Positions 27,607-39,005 of a DNA stretch of 64,000 bases are shown here, piece after piece. Every line of letters starts with the position of its first letter. Positions within the stretch are counted from its first letter, which is position 1. The notes below the pieces were generated by a model. It ran no database searches, was not told the DNA's origin, and saw only the letters and a list, made by a program, of their open reading frames with translations. A program made the position numbers and the translations under genes. Source of the DNA: Octopus vulgaris (lineage: Eukaryota); contig OX597832.1 of the NCBI GenBank assembly GCA_951406725.2, positions 23,312,001 to 23,376,000 on the forward strand, given 5' to 3'.

Positions 27607-27708
27607 TGCTGTCAAGAATAGTTTTTTGGGGTACCCCAAAAAAGTCCCCCACCACCACCCCTTTAAATCTGCCTAAATGTATAAATGCCAAAACTATTCT
27701 TGACACCA

Positions 27709-27759
27709 AGCTTCCTGATGATTTCATTTGAATGAAACAGTTCTAGTCCTGTAGAAGCT
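27709..27759 (+). ncRNA. Type I hammerhead ribozyme, intact core
   Basis: agcttc-CTGATGA-tttcatttgaat-GAAACAG-ttctagtc-CTGTA-gaagct: stem I agcttc/gaagct, stem III ACAG/CTGT, GUA triplet, predicted cut after 27753. Confidence 0.8.
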
Positions 27760-28076
27760 CCTTCTATGAAATAAATACATATATATATATATACACTTCA
27801 TACGGGGAGTGGTATTGAATGAAAAGCGTGGAATTACAAATCGAAACTTCAGCGTTATACACCTTCGCAAAGTTCACAGTATGTCTTATGTCACACCTAT
27901 TCCTCCACCACTTCAGTCAATCTTTATTTTATATTTCACCTGATAAATATAAAAGATAATTAGCCTACCAAACTTAAGACTCTGTTTCTAACGATGCTTC
28001 TATATATTTACAGGTACCCCCAGTATAACGCCTGTAAAAGCAAAATCCAGGAAGAGCGCCTGTCTACCGTCCAGGC

Positions 28077-28370
28077 ATGAATGATGAGACAGACTGCGTC
28101 GAGAACTTTGACCCCGAGACGAATTTCCAGGATTACATCAACTGCATTTACGAAGATGGACCCAACATGACACACACCTATGATATTCCGGTCGATGTCT
28201 ATCCCGTCGGCACCGTTTACCTCTTCACCCTCCTGCTGGGGATGGTCGGCAATTCCTTGGTGATATTCTGCATCGTTAAACACAAGGGAATGCGAAGCAT
28301 CACAAACATCTTCTTACTCAGCCTCGCTTGTGCTGATTTGTTGCTTGTTCTAATTTGTGTACCTGTCAAG
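28077..28370 (+). CDS. First coding exon of a rhodopsin-class (class A) neuropeptide GPCR (N-terminus, TM1, TM2); subfamily uncertain
   Basis: MNDETDC...VYLFTLLLGMVGNSLVIFCIVKHKGMRSITNIFLLSLACADLLLVLICVPVK has GN (TM1), TNIFLxSLAxADL (TM2) and an N-glycosylation site (NMT). Candidate acceptor TTTACAG at 28013; canonical donor AAG|GTAAGT at 28370/28371 (phase 0). The ORF-track extension to 28526 is intron read-through. Confidence 0.93.
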
Positions 28371-28400
28371 GTAAGTTATACACACACATTACTATTTTTT

Positions 28401-28990
28401 AAAAATTTTTTCTTCAAATTTTCTTCCATTTCTCGCAGGGTGTTTTCCGTACACCTAGGGCAGAGAGGCTCATTGCATGCATTTCCAGATTGCACACGCA
28501 AATTCACAGGCAAAATATGTATTTAAAAACCAAGGGTCTCCGGAGCAATGTTACTTCACTGGGAAGTCTCTGCTGGTCGAGGTGCTATTTCTCTATATCC
28601 ACAGCTCACAACTCCAATACTATGAATATATGATGTGAATGCCGGAGTATTCGAGCGGTTCCAAGCTGTGCTATTTTCTGCAAGCGCTCCACCCTTATTG
28701 CAGCCTCTATTTGCTCTTTGTACTTCTCAAGATTTTTAATCACTGTTTCCAGGGCTCCAACAATTATTGGTACTACTACCACTTTTTCATCGACCACAAC
28801 TGCCTAATCTCCCAAGCTATTATTATTATTATTGTTGTTGTTGTTGTGGTTGTTGCTGTTTTTTCTTTGCTTCTTCAAATTTTCTTCCGTTTTTCGCCGG
28901 GTGTTTTCCGTACACCTAGGGCAGAGAGGCTCATTGTATGCCTTTCCAGATTACACACGCAAATTCACAGGTAAAATATGCATTTAAAAA
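28401..28990 (+). repeat. Two direct copies (28401-28530 and 28871-28990) of an unclassified ~120-bp repeat
   Basis: TCTTCAAATTTTCTTCC...GGGTGTTTTCCGTACACCTAGGGCAGAGAGGCTCATTG...CAAATTCACAGG occurs twice. Confidence 0.85.
28640..28817 (-). mobile_element. R4/Dong-clade LINE C-terminal fragment
   Basis: KVVVVPIIVGALETVIKNLEKY...LQKIAQLGTARILR; same family as 29128-29510; (TTA)n at the junction. Confidence 0.85.
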
Positions 28991-29127
28991 ATTAATGAAT
29001 GAATAAATAAATTCATGAATGGATGTTGTTTTCACAGCGATAGTGCTCTTCTCGGTATATGAGCCGCTCCATTTAACACGATTGAGTCGTTCCATTATTG
29101 TTGTTGTTGCTGGTGTTGTTGTTGTTA

Positions 29128-29510
29128 TTTTTGCACAGCTTCTAACGCTGGAGATGTACTACGTTGCCAGCTGTTCACTACCACTGATGTAAGGAAGCAC
29201 CCATTTTTTTCGAGCATCATTCGGAGTATTCGAGCGGTTTCAAGTAGTGCTGTTTTCTGCAAGTGCTCTGCCCTTATTGCAGCTCCTATTTGTTCCACGA
29301 ACCTCTCGAGATTTTTGCTCACTGTTCCCAAGGTTCCGACAATTATTGGTACTACTGCTACCTTTTTCATCGACCACAACTGCTTAACATCCCAAGCTAA
29401 CCTGTTATATCTCTCAACTTTTCTTTCTTCCTTATCGCATACCTTGTTGTCAGCTGGGCATGCTATGTCTATGAGCCAGCATGGTTTGTTTTCTTTCTCA
29501 AAACTATATT
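29128..29510 (-). mobile_element. R4/Dong-clade LINE 3' end (RLE endonuclease C-terminus and 3' UTR)
   Basis: CWLIDIACPADNKVCDKEERKVERY...PIIVGTLG...LQKTALLETARILR; flanked by (TTG)n and (TTA)n. Confidence 0.88.
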
Positions 29511-29567
29511 CTTTATGTCGAGGTCGCACTAATTATTATTCTTCTTCTTATTATTATTATTATCATT

Positions 29568-29669
<102 letters not shown>

Positions 29670-30580
29670 GGCAAAGATACCAGGCGTTGCTCTGGATTAC
29701 AACGGCATAGTTTGTATAGAGTGGGGGGAAATAAATATTCGTACTTGTCAAAATTCTTTAGTCTGCAGAAGAAGAAGAAGAAGAAGAAGAAGAAGAAGAA
29801 GAAGAAGAAGAAGAAGAAGAAGAAGAAGACTGCGGAAGCACCAGGAACAGCAGCACCAACAGCTTCAGGGCCAAGAGCAGCAGCCTCGATAACGACAGTA
29901 TCAGCAGAAGGTGCATTAGATTTATTCAACCACATCAGCAGCAAAAACACAGGCCCCACAGCAGAGATAAACGTCAACCTCACCTGCACCATCGCAATCC
30001 ATTGCCAAAGATCGAGACAGATGGAGAGCTTTTGTTGGAAATCCTAAGAAGAAGAATAAATAGAGCAAGACAGATATCGTGTCCAGCGTGAATCCCTTAC
30101 ACGCTAACATCCAAAACAGAGAAGTTTATCTGTACCAAAACCAATAAATTTTACTACTTTCTTTCTTGAAACTTGTAGTTCCATTTTAGTTAATTAAACA
30201 TCGGCTATCGTGATTTGTTGCATTTCGAAATTCTCTCCAAAATTACTGAATCTTGACAGCAACACTTATTGTATACAGCTTTTGTTATTTCAAAATGTCT
30301 GACTTTTATTCTCTTGATTTATTTACTTCGCGTTCATGTTTTTATGTGGCGGATTCTATTTGTTGATATAATTCGTCTTTTTACTTTTTACAAATATTCT
30401 GACTTGTTTGCTCTGTTTTATCTACCGTAAACACACACACACACACATATGGGTGTATATATATATGTATGTATGTATATATATATATATATATATACAT
30501 ATATATTTACATATATCTACACATTTGTAAATATATATATATATATATATATATATTTACAAATATGTAGATATATGTAA

Positions 30581-30612
<32 letters not shown>

Positions 30613-30801
30613 ATATATATATTAATTCTCTCGCTGTATTTTTTAATTCTTTGTTTAATTTCTTCTGTAGTCTGATTTACATTTTCCTAATGCTAATTTC
30701 GAAAACACTGTTTTTCTTAATATTTTCCTTGTAACTGAGTAAATTATATACATATACATACATACATACATACATACATACAGACAGACATATATACACA
30801 T

Positions 30802-30862
<61 letters not shown>

Positions 30863-32105
30863 TAATGTTCTGTTTTGATTGACATAGCACTCACCAAATG
30901 AAGGATTTGTTTGTTTCACATTTAAACCATAATGTCATCGTGATAAGCGCAAACATTTAACTCTTAGATCTAAACAATAGCTATTTTTTTCTTCTGTTGA
31001 ATTTTCTATTCTGTATATATACTTTTGCCAATATCCATAATTATAGTTTTCAAATCTCGTTATTACTATAATTATTATCCATAAGAATTAGAAATATTTC
31101 GAAAACGAGGAACAACTTCTATTAAAAGTAGACATCGAATATAAATTTTGAGTGTATAATTACTAGAGTCCTTCTTGTCTACCTGCTGCCGTCATCGCTG
31201 AATCCCACGCCTCACTGGTGTTATTAATATTTTCTCTTGAAATTCGACTTCCAAGCAGTTTCCACTATTGCTACCCGAGACCCAACTCATCCATTTTCGA
31301 GGAAACGACCTCACACTCTATTTTCATCAACTCCGCCTCACTTTCCACATCTTATAAGTTCCCCAGATGAAATAGCGATGAATGAAATCAATTTCTCCCT
31401 CTTTTTCTCTCTCCACTCTATCTTTCTCTCTTTCTGTCTCTCTCACTTTCTTTCTGTTTCTGTCTCTTTCTCACTTTCATCTCTCTCTCTTTCTCTGTCG
31501 CTTCCCTGTTCACTGTTAGATATCAAAATAGCCAAACACTATTTATCGACTTCATGTTTGTAGCTCTGTGAAACCTGCGTGTTTCTAATTTTGTTGATCA
31601 TCTATCGATGCAATAACGAAACTATTCTACATCGTTCCAATCATATATATTCATATATAAAAAACACTAGAGCATGGCCCACTGCTTTACACCCAGAATA
31701 AGGCATATGTTATTTCGTTGAAATATAATTTCATATACAAGAAAAAATTAAGTAAAAGAACATGAAGCAAAACTGAAATAAAATAAATTTTAATAAACCT
31801 AAATACATATGTAACTGTTTTTATTACCTGTATACTTTATTTACAAATAACCACGCAAACAGGATATGTTGACAATGTTTGTATATAAAATATTTTTTGT
31901 GAATGTAATATTGAATGCCGTGTGATTTTTTTATTCATTTATGGCAAACTTTTCAAAAATAAAAATAATTATAAAATAGCTGTAAGGAAAAAAATATTTA
32001 AGTATTTTCTGAAATGATTCGGTACAGGTAACTGAAATGGATGTTATTTATGATTCATCTAGGATACTTGCTTATTGGGTTCGGGATCGGTATAAAAACA
32101 GTGAT

Positions 32106-32206
<101 letters not shown>

Positions 32207-32208
32207 CC

Positions 32209-32242
<34 letters not shown>

Positions 32243-32244
32243 CC

Positions 32245-32297
<53 letters not shown>

Positions 32298-33299
32298 ATT
32301 CATACATACATATATGTATGCATGCATACATGCAGACATACACACACATACGTACAGACATATTTAACTTCAGCTCAGATTTATGATACACTTTGGAGGT
32401 CCCAGGGCTTTGAGTTTAAATACCGCCGAGACCAATTTCACTTCATTTTGATCTGTCGATAGACAAAGTACCATTTTATTAATGGTGTCGAGTATTTTCC
32501 TCATAACTTTTTATCGGGAAAATTTTATCTTTGTTCAGACCTAGAGAGAGATGGGCACTTCTGATCTTAAGTTCCCGAGAACGCATATCTCTCGAAGATG
32601 CACAGTGTCACGTAAAAAGATATGATAAAGAAAGACATTTTTATTTTAGCCTTTTTCTTTTGCTTAAATGTTTTTATTTTGTTGCGTTTTTCTTGGGCAC
32701 AAAAATCATTGCTGTGAAACGTTACCGTGAAGCTGTCGTATTCATGTATATGGTTATCTACTTAAAACTTTATAAGATGAAGTTCTGCTCTTTTTACAGG
32801 AAGTTTCATCTGTCTCAAAACTTAGTTTCCTATCATGCAGACAGTGACAGCTTGCTTGGGGAACATTAAATATGCATGACATCGATTTCTGTGACTCCAA
32901 ATGATAACAGTGTTACGATAATTGATATACTATTACCAAACGTCTAGCGGGAGCGGATTGCTTTGAGAAAAAGCATTAAGTGGATGTAAACATACGAATT
33001 TCACATGTCAATCAGGTCTGACCTATTCGACATTTCTGTCTCTTCTTGGCTTTTCTGTCTTTGCTTTGTTTTATATTTGCTCAGTTCTAAATCTAATTAG
33101 AATATCTTGGGAGAATCCTACAGTTGTAGCGATAATAGATTTAGTATCTAGCTTATGGTCAAAGCAAACATGAGAACCAAACGGAATTTCTTGTGAAGGT
33201 GGAAATCTAAAGGACAGTATCGACAAATGCCATCGCCAACAAATCACTGATATTCGGTTCTTCTATACCATATTCCTATCTCATTCTATACTAATTCTA

Positions 33300-33720
33300 G
33301 CCAGGTTCGTTACTTTGTTTCTGGAGAATTTTTTAAGATTTCTACAATGCCTAGACACGATATACTCCAGGTTCAATAGAACAATAACTTGTGAGGTAAA
33401 GAGAAACAAGAGGATAAGACTGGCGATAATCCTAACGAATATTATCTGGAAAATAATTTTTTTTAAAAATCTGAAATGGTCTTTCGCGGAACATATGTTT
33501 AGAAGGAAGAACAATAAACGGAATGGCGAATTGACAGAGTGGACACCACGTCCAAAAGAAAAAGAGGGATAGGAAGACCATGCAGTAGTTGCAATGAAGA
33601 CTTTGTTAAATTCTTCACCCCCCATACATACATAAAAAAACATCAGGCCGTAGTTGGTGGAAAGAACACGCTGAGGCCTTCGTCCAACAGTACATAGTAC
33701 ATTTGTGAGGATGATGATGT
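33300..33720 (+). mobile_element. Degenerate RTE-clade LINE 3' end
   Basis: LKWSFAEHMFRR...LTEWTPR, then a frameshifted GRP and EAFVQQ, ending in (GAT)n; resembles the RTE consensus KWxWAGHxxR...EWxP...RGRP. Confidence 0.65.
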
Positions 33721-33772
33721 ATCATGGATAAGGATATAACTTAAAACACAGCACTTGCACCACACACATATG

Positions 33773-33916
<144 letters not shown>

Positions 33917-34053
33917 ACGACCTCGAACCCACACGTGTAAACAAGAGAGACAAAGACAGGCAGAAACAAGGAAAATGTCAATTGTATTTGAATACTATGC
34001 AAATATTCTTTTAAAAAACTTTTCTTTTAATTTTTCTAAATTTAATTGTTTAC

Positions 34054-34095
34054 TTTCAGTTGAAAAAGTCTCAATGACTGAAACCGATACTGAAA
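34054..34095 (+). ncRNA. Decayed hammerhead ribozyme motif
   Basis: tttcag-TTGAAAA-AGTC-tcaat-GACT-GAAAC-c-GATA-ctgaaa: stems I and II intact, core mutated. Confidence 0.5.
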
Positions 34096-34450
34096 TGTTT
34101 TTATAAGATTAGTTTAGCATTTTCTATCTTGACTTTTTTTCCAGGTTTTATTTTGAATCTCATACGTAAATTTTAGTTATATTTCAGAACTATTTACAAT
34201 TTTCAAGTGTGTTTCATTTCATATCACACGCAACACGGCAAACTTTCAATATCGAATTCTCATAGCCTGATTTGTTATAAGTCTCATGCTCCTGAAAGAA
34301 AATTTTTGATTGAAATATATTCCTTTAAAATGATCCTTCACAATACCGATATAACATTTCGCTTGTTTACTAGATTACATAACCATACACGCAGATACAT
34401 ACAGATGTGATTGTGTCTGTGTTTGTGTGTGTGTGTACACGAGTATGTAT

Positions 34451-34526
<76 letters not shown>

Positions 34527-34659
34527 ACATACATATATATATATATATATGTATGTATGTATGTATGCGTGTATGTATCTATTTATATTCAAAGTGTATA
34601 ACTTTAGCATACACTTTGATCTTTCCAGTCTTCAAGGTGAATGAGAAATAAAATTCTGT

Positions 34660-34850
34660 AATTCGTTGATCAGAATCCCTTCTGTCAAAGTAAAATATGG
34701 CTTTCCTTCATTTGCCATCAAAGATTACTACCTGTCCGTTCCTGAATTCCTCTATAAAGATGTACGCAATTTTGCAAAATTCTTCTTGCCTAATAATGCT
34801 TCAGGAAACACCACCATATTATACGAAACTAAATCAACTTTATGCGACGT
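34660..34850 (+). mobile_element. Degenerate Penelope-like reverse transcriptase fragment
   Basis: FPSFAIKDYYLSVPEFLYKDVRNFAK resembles the PLE RT motif FxxFDIxDFYPSIxExLLxxALxFAK; catalytic D lost. Confidence 0.45.
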
Positions 34851-35318
34851 TAAGATCGTCTGTATGAATAAAAAAAAAATACTACTAAATATGCACCTAA
34901 TATTTGTACGTGCTCAATGTATTTGGTTAAAATTTACATCGCCCTTGGCAGCCACATTGCGAATTCTACGTATTCTCCGAGTAATTTACAAGCATGATAA
35001 CCTTGTAAACCCACGTAGTACCAACCGCTAACGAACAGAGATGATTAAAATGACTGCGGAATTTCTTAAGATATTGCAGGATATAAAATAATTCTCGATT
35101 CTAAATTCAAGATTGTAAACTTTTACGATGATACATCTCACTTCAATTTCTCTGAATTTCTCTTTTCGGAAATGCTAACGAATTCCTCTACAACGTACAT
35201 AATGCAGATGGAAAATCTAGTTAAGTTTTTCACGAATTTCCAGTCTCTGTGCCTACTATCTGTTGAAACCTCCTATTGGCTGGAACTAAGAAGATTCCGT
35301 GAATGTAAAGACAGACAC

Positions 35319-35412
<94 letters not shown>

Positions 35413-35534
35413 GGATAGATATACAGATAGATATATACATACATACATACATTCATACATACACACATTCATACACACACACATATATATATATACAAAT
35501 ATATGCATATATATATATATATATATATGTATAT

Positions 35535-36322
35535 TACTTGTTTCGGTCATTTGACTGTGGCCATGCTGGAGCACCGCCTTTAGTCGAGCAAATCGACCCC
35601 AGGACTTATTCTTTGTAAGCCTAGTACTTATTCTGTCGGTCTCTTTTGCCGAACAGCTAAGTTACGGTGGCGTAAACACAGCAGCATCGGTTGTCATGCG
35701 ATGTTGGGGGCGGGCAAATACAGACACACAAACATATACGCACGCATACATATATGTGGTAAGTAGATTGCTTACGAACCACATTGTTCCGTGTTCAGTC
35801 CCACTGCGTGGCACCTTGGCCAAGTCTCTTCTGCTATAGCCTCGGGCTGACCAGAGCCTTGTGAGTGGATTTGGTAGACGGAAACTGAAAGAAGCCCGTC
35901 GTATATATCTCTTTTTCTCTTTTTCTCTCTTTTTACTTGTTTCAGTCATTTGACTGCGGCCATGCTGGAGCACCGCCTTTAGTCGAGCAAATCGACCCCG
36001 GGACTTATTCTTTTTTGTAAGCCCAGTACTTATTCTATCGGTCTCTTTTGCCGAACCGCTAAGTGACGGTGACGTAAACACACCAGCATCGGTTGTCAAG
36101 CGATGCTAGGGGGGGGACAAACACAGGGGAACATACACTTATATATATATACATATATACGACAGGCTTCTTTCAGTTTCCGTCTACCAAATCCACTCAC
36201 AAGGCATTGGTCGGCCCGGGGCTATAGCAGAAGACACTTGCCCAAGATGCCACGCAGTGGACTGAACCCGGAACCATGTGGTTGGTTAGCAAGCTACTTA
36301 CCAAACAGCCACTCCTGCGCCT
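35535..36322. mobile_element. SINE family A cluster: minus 3' half (35535-35755), plus 5' half (35756-35902), full minus copy (35927-36322)
   Basis: Direct comparison with the 4808-5300 copy. Confidence 0.88.
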
Positions 36323-36343
36323 ATGTATATATGTATACATGTA

Positions 36344-36395
<52 letters not shown>

Positions 36396-36506
36396 ATGTA
36401 TATGTTTGTGTGTCTGTGTTTGTCCCCTCCTCTGCCGTGTGTCAGCCCTAAGCCTACGGCCATGCTGGGGCATACGCACACATACAACCCACACCCACAC
36501 ACACAC

Positions 36507-36542
<36 letters not shown>

Positions 36543-37586
36543 ATGTGTGTACATGGCATACGATTTAGCTCAAAGACTAACAATTGCATATTATATCGAT
36601 CTCAGTGAGAGAGTGGTGGGTTATTTCATCGACCTTGGACTAATGAAAGCAAAGTTGATGTCGGCAGTATTCGATCTTAAGAAGCCAGATGAAGTAACAT
36701 ACGGCATATATTCCCACGTTGCAACGATACTGTCAGCATGCAAATATAGAAATTGTTTAACTACCTCATTTAATCCACCTTTATACGCCACATCCAAAAC
36801 ACACATAATCCATTTCATAAATCCTTCCTTCCGTGTCTTAAATATTAAAGATTAGCAAAAGATATTTATAGTGTTTAACTTAGCTTTCTACAATATTTAT
36901 CTAATATTAACCCCATAAATATCTCCTCTTTTCACCTTAATCTCCACCTACTTTCAAATATATTAACCCCGAATTAATTTCCGATCGTGAATTCACTTAT
37001 AGATAGCTTAATTCTTAATCATATCCTGATTTCGTTATTATTTTTAATTACGCTACAGACATTATGTCAGTAAAAACAATTTAAATAATACGAGAGCAAA
37101 CATGAACAAATCTCTCTAAATATATCTTGAATGCGACGCCCAATAACATAAACTATTATATCGAGTGAAAAATAAAGACTCTTTGCAAGTTTTATGAGTA
37201 ATTACAACATGCTCTGTCTAGTCTGCATTTCTAAATCTTACGAAGAATAAATCTCTAAACTCTCCGCCTAACAACCTCTGTTCTCATAAACGCTTCACTC
37301 AAAATATTTATCGATTTTTACAGCGTTGGATTTAAATTGTCATCGATGTTTACACGATCCGTCTGCTCGAAAGAATCTAAACGTGAAGCAACGATATATT
37401 TTTATCATACGAAGATCATGCTTCAATTAACTGATTTATTAAATCGTGCCAGACGCGCAGCAAACTTATATTCGATACAATTGTCTACACTGGAAAATGG
37501 GAATACCTTTCGCTGTGACAAAAGTCACGGGAGAAAATCTCACTTGTTCGACAAGATCTGTGAAAATACATTGAGGAATAAATGAC

Positions 37587-37647
37587 GTATTCAGATTTTG
37601 GGACGCATGGCGTTTCTCGGTTAGCATGCATCATCAGCCACGAATAC
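37587..37647 (-). ncRNA. Type I hammerhead ribozyme motif with extended stem I
   Basis: Minus strand: gtattc-g-tgg-CTGATGA-tgcatgctaaccga-GAAACGC-cat-GCGTC-cca-aaatct-gaatac; core intact, GUC triplet, stem II weak. Confidence 0.6.
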
Positions 37648-37829
37648 TCGACGTTCATAGGCCTTTCAGAACGACCCCCACGCTCGAGTGTACATCGACG
37701 TCGTCGTCATCACCTTTCATACGCCTGCAACGCATTGATTGTACTACAAAGCAAGCCTTCTCGATTAAGCGCGATTCCTGCAGCTGGCTTGTCCAACCAG
37801 CTCTTGATATTTTACCATCCATTGATTTA

Positions 37830-38034
37830 AGGCGGTGAGCTGGCAGAATCGTTACCGCACCAGTCAAAATGCTTAGCGGCATTTCGTTTGTCTTAAGTTC
37901 AAATTCTGCCGAGTTCGACTTTGCCTCGCATTCCTTCGGGAACGATACAATAAGTACCACTTGAGCACTGGAGTCGATGTAATCCACCAGTCCCCTCCAC
38001 CTAACTTGCTGGCCTTGTGCCAAAGTTTGAAATC
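37830..38034 (+). mobile_element. SINE family B with a target-site duplication
   Basis: Family B head and body; GATATTTT(A)CCATCCATTG on both sides (37807-37825 and 38035-38052). Confidence 0.88.
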
Positions 38035-38357
38035 GATATTTTCCATCCATTGCCTTCTTTACCTGCCTCTTGATCCACTATACTCTACTCTTCTTTCCAT
38101 TATAACATTTTCCAAACTTCTTCTTCAAATATAGCCATTATAGACGAGCTTTGTTTTTTCAAAATGTTTAAGATTTGTCTTTCGCCTACTTGTAACACCC
38201 AGTCATTGTGCAATGATCCTCCTAAGAAGCTCGCAACATTCTCCAATACACCCACATTTCAAACGCATTGTGATATCTTCAAATTCTATCAGTGCCCATG
38301 CCTCGCAATCAGGAATACATTAAATATCACTAAATATCATTGTACATGAATATATGT

Positions 38358-38580
38358 TTCTTTATTACCCACAAGGGGCTAAACACAGAGGGGACAAACA
38401 AGGACAGACAAACGGATTAAGTCGATTATATCGACCAAGGTGCGTAACTGGTATTTAATTTATCGACCCCGAAAGGATGAAAGGCAAAGTCGACCTGGGC
38501 GGAATTTGAACTTAGAACGCAACGGCAGACGAAATACGGCTACGCATTTCGCCCGGCGTGCTAACGTTTCTGCCAACTCG
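38358..38580 (-). mobile_element. SINE family B, near full length
   Basis: Reverse complement of the family B sequence. Confidence 0.9.
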
Positions 38581-38621
38581 AACACTAAAGAAACCGTATG
38601 CCTTTTCATATTTTGAAATCA

Positions 38622-39005
38622 TCTCTCTCTATATAAACGGCAGTTTGTCTGTGTACGTGTCGGTGTGTCTGTTAGGTTGTACCCTCAACCTGACCACGGC
38701 TTTCAACCGATTCTTATGAAACTTGACACACACATAGCCCAATGTCATAATTCAAAACTAACGCAGCGAAAATTTTGAAAAGTTCCCCCAGTTCTGAAAA
38801 AGATCGATAAATTCGACATGGGGTCGACAATCAGAAACACAAACCACAGACTGTCTAGGGGACGCAACTCGACCTTTTTAACTCTTAAAAAACATTTACC
38901 ATCATTTTTTTCCCATTTTTTTGATATTTTTTGGCTATAACTCTCTAAAAATGCTTTATAGTTATTTCCCTTACAAACCCGAGCAACGCCGGGCGATACT
39001 GCTAG
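38622..39005 (+). mobile_element. Non-autonomous Helitron
   Basis: Starts A|TC, ends CTAG|T, subterminal GC hairpin CCCGAGCAACGCCGGG at 38978-38993, no TSD. Confidence 0.75.

Larger units (their letters stand above)
27539..27776. repeat. About 87-bp inverted repeat (27539-27625 / 27690-27776); inverted PLE pseudo-LTR-like structure
   Basis: Arms are reverse complements with about 2 mismatches; each contains a full hammerhead; flanked by (TA)n. Confidence 0.9.

Noticed and set aside
28371-28526. C-terminal part of the 149-aa ORF
   Set aside because: It follows a canonical GTAAGT donor, loses GPCR similarity and overlaps a repeat; it is intron read-through.
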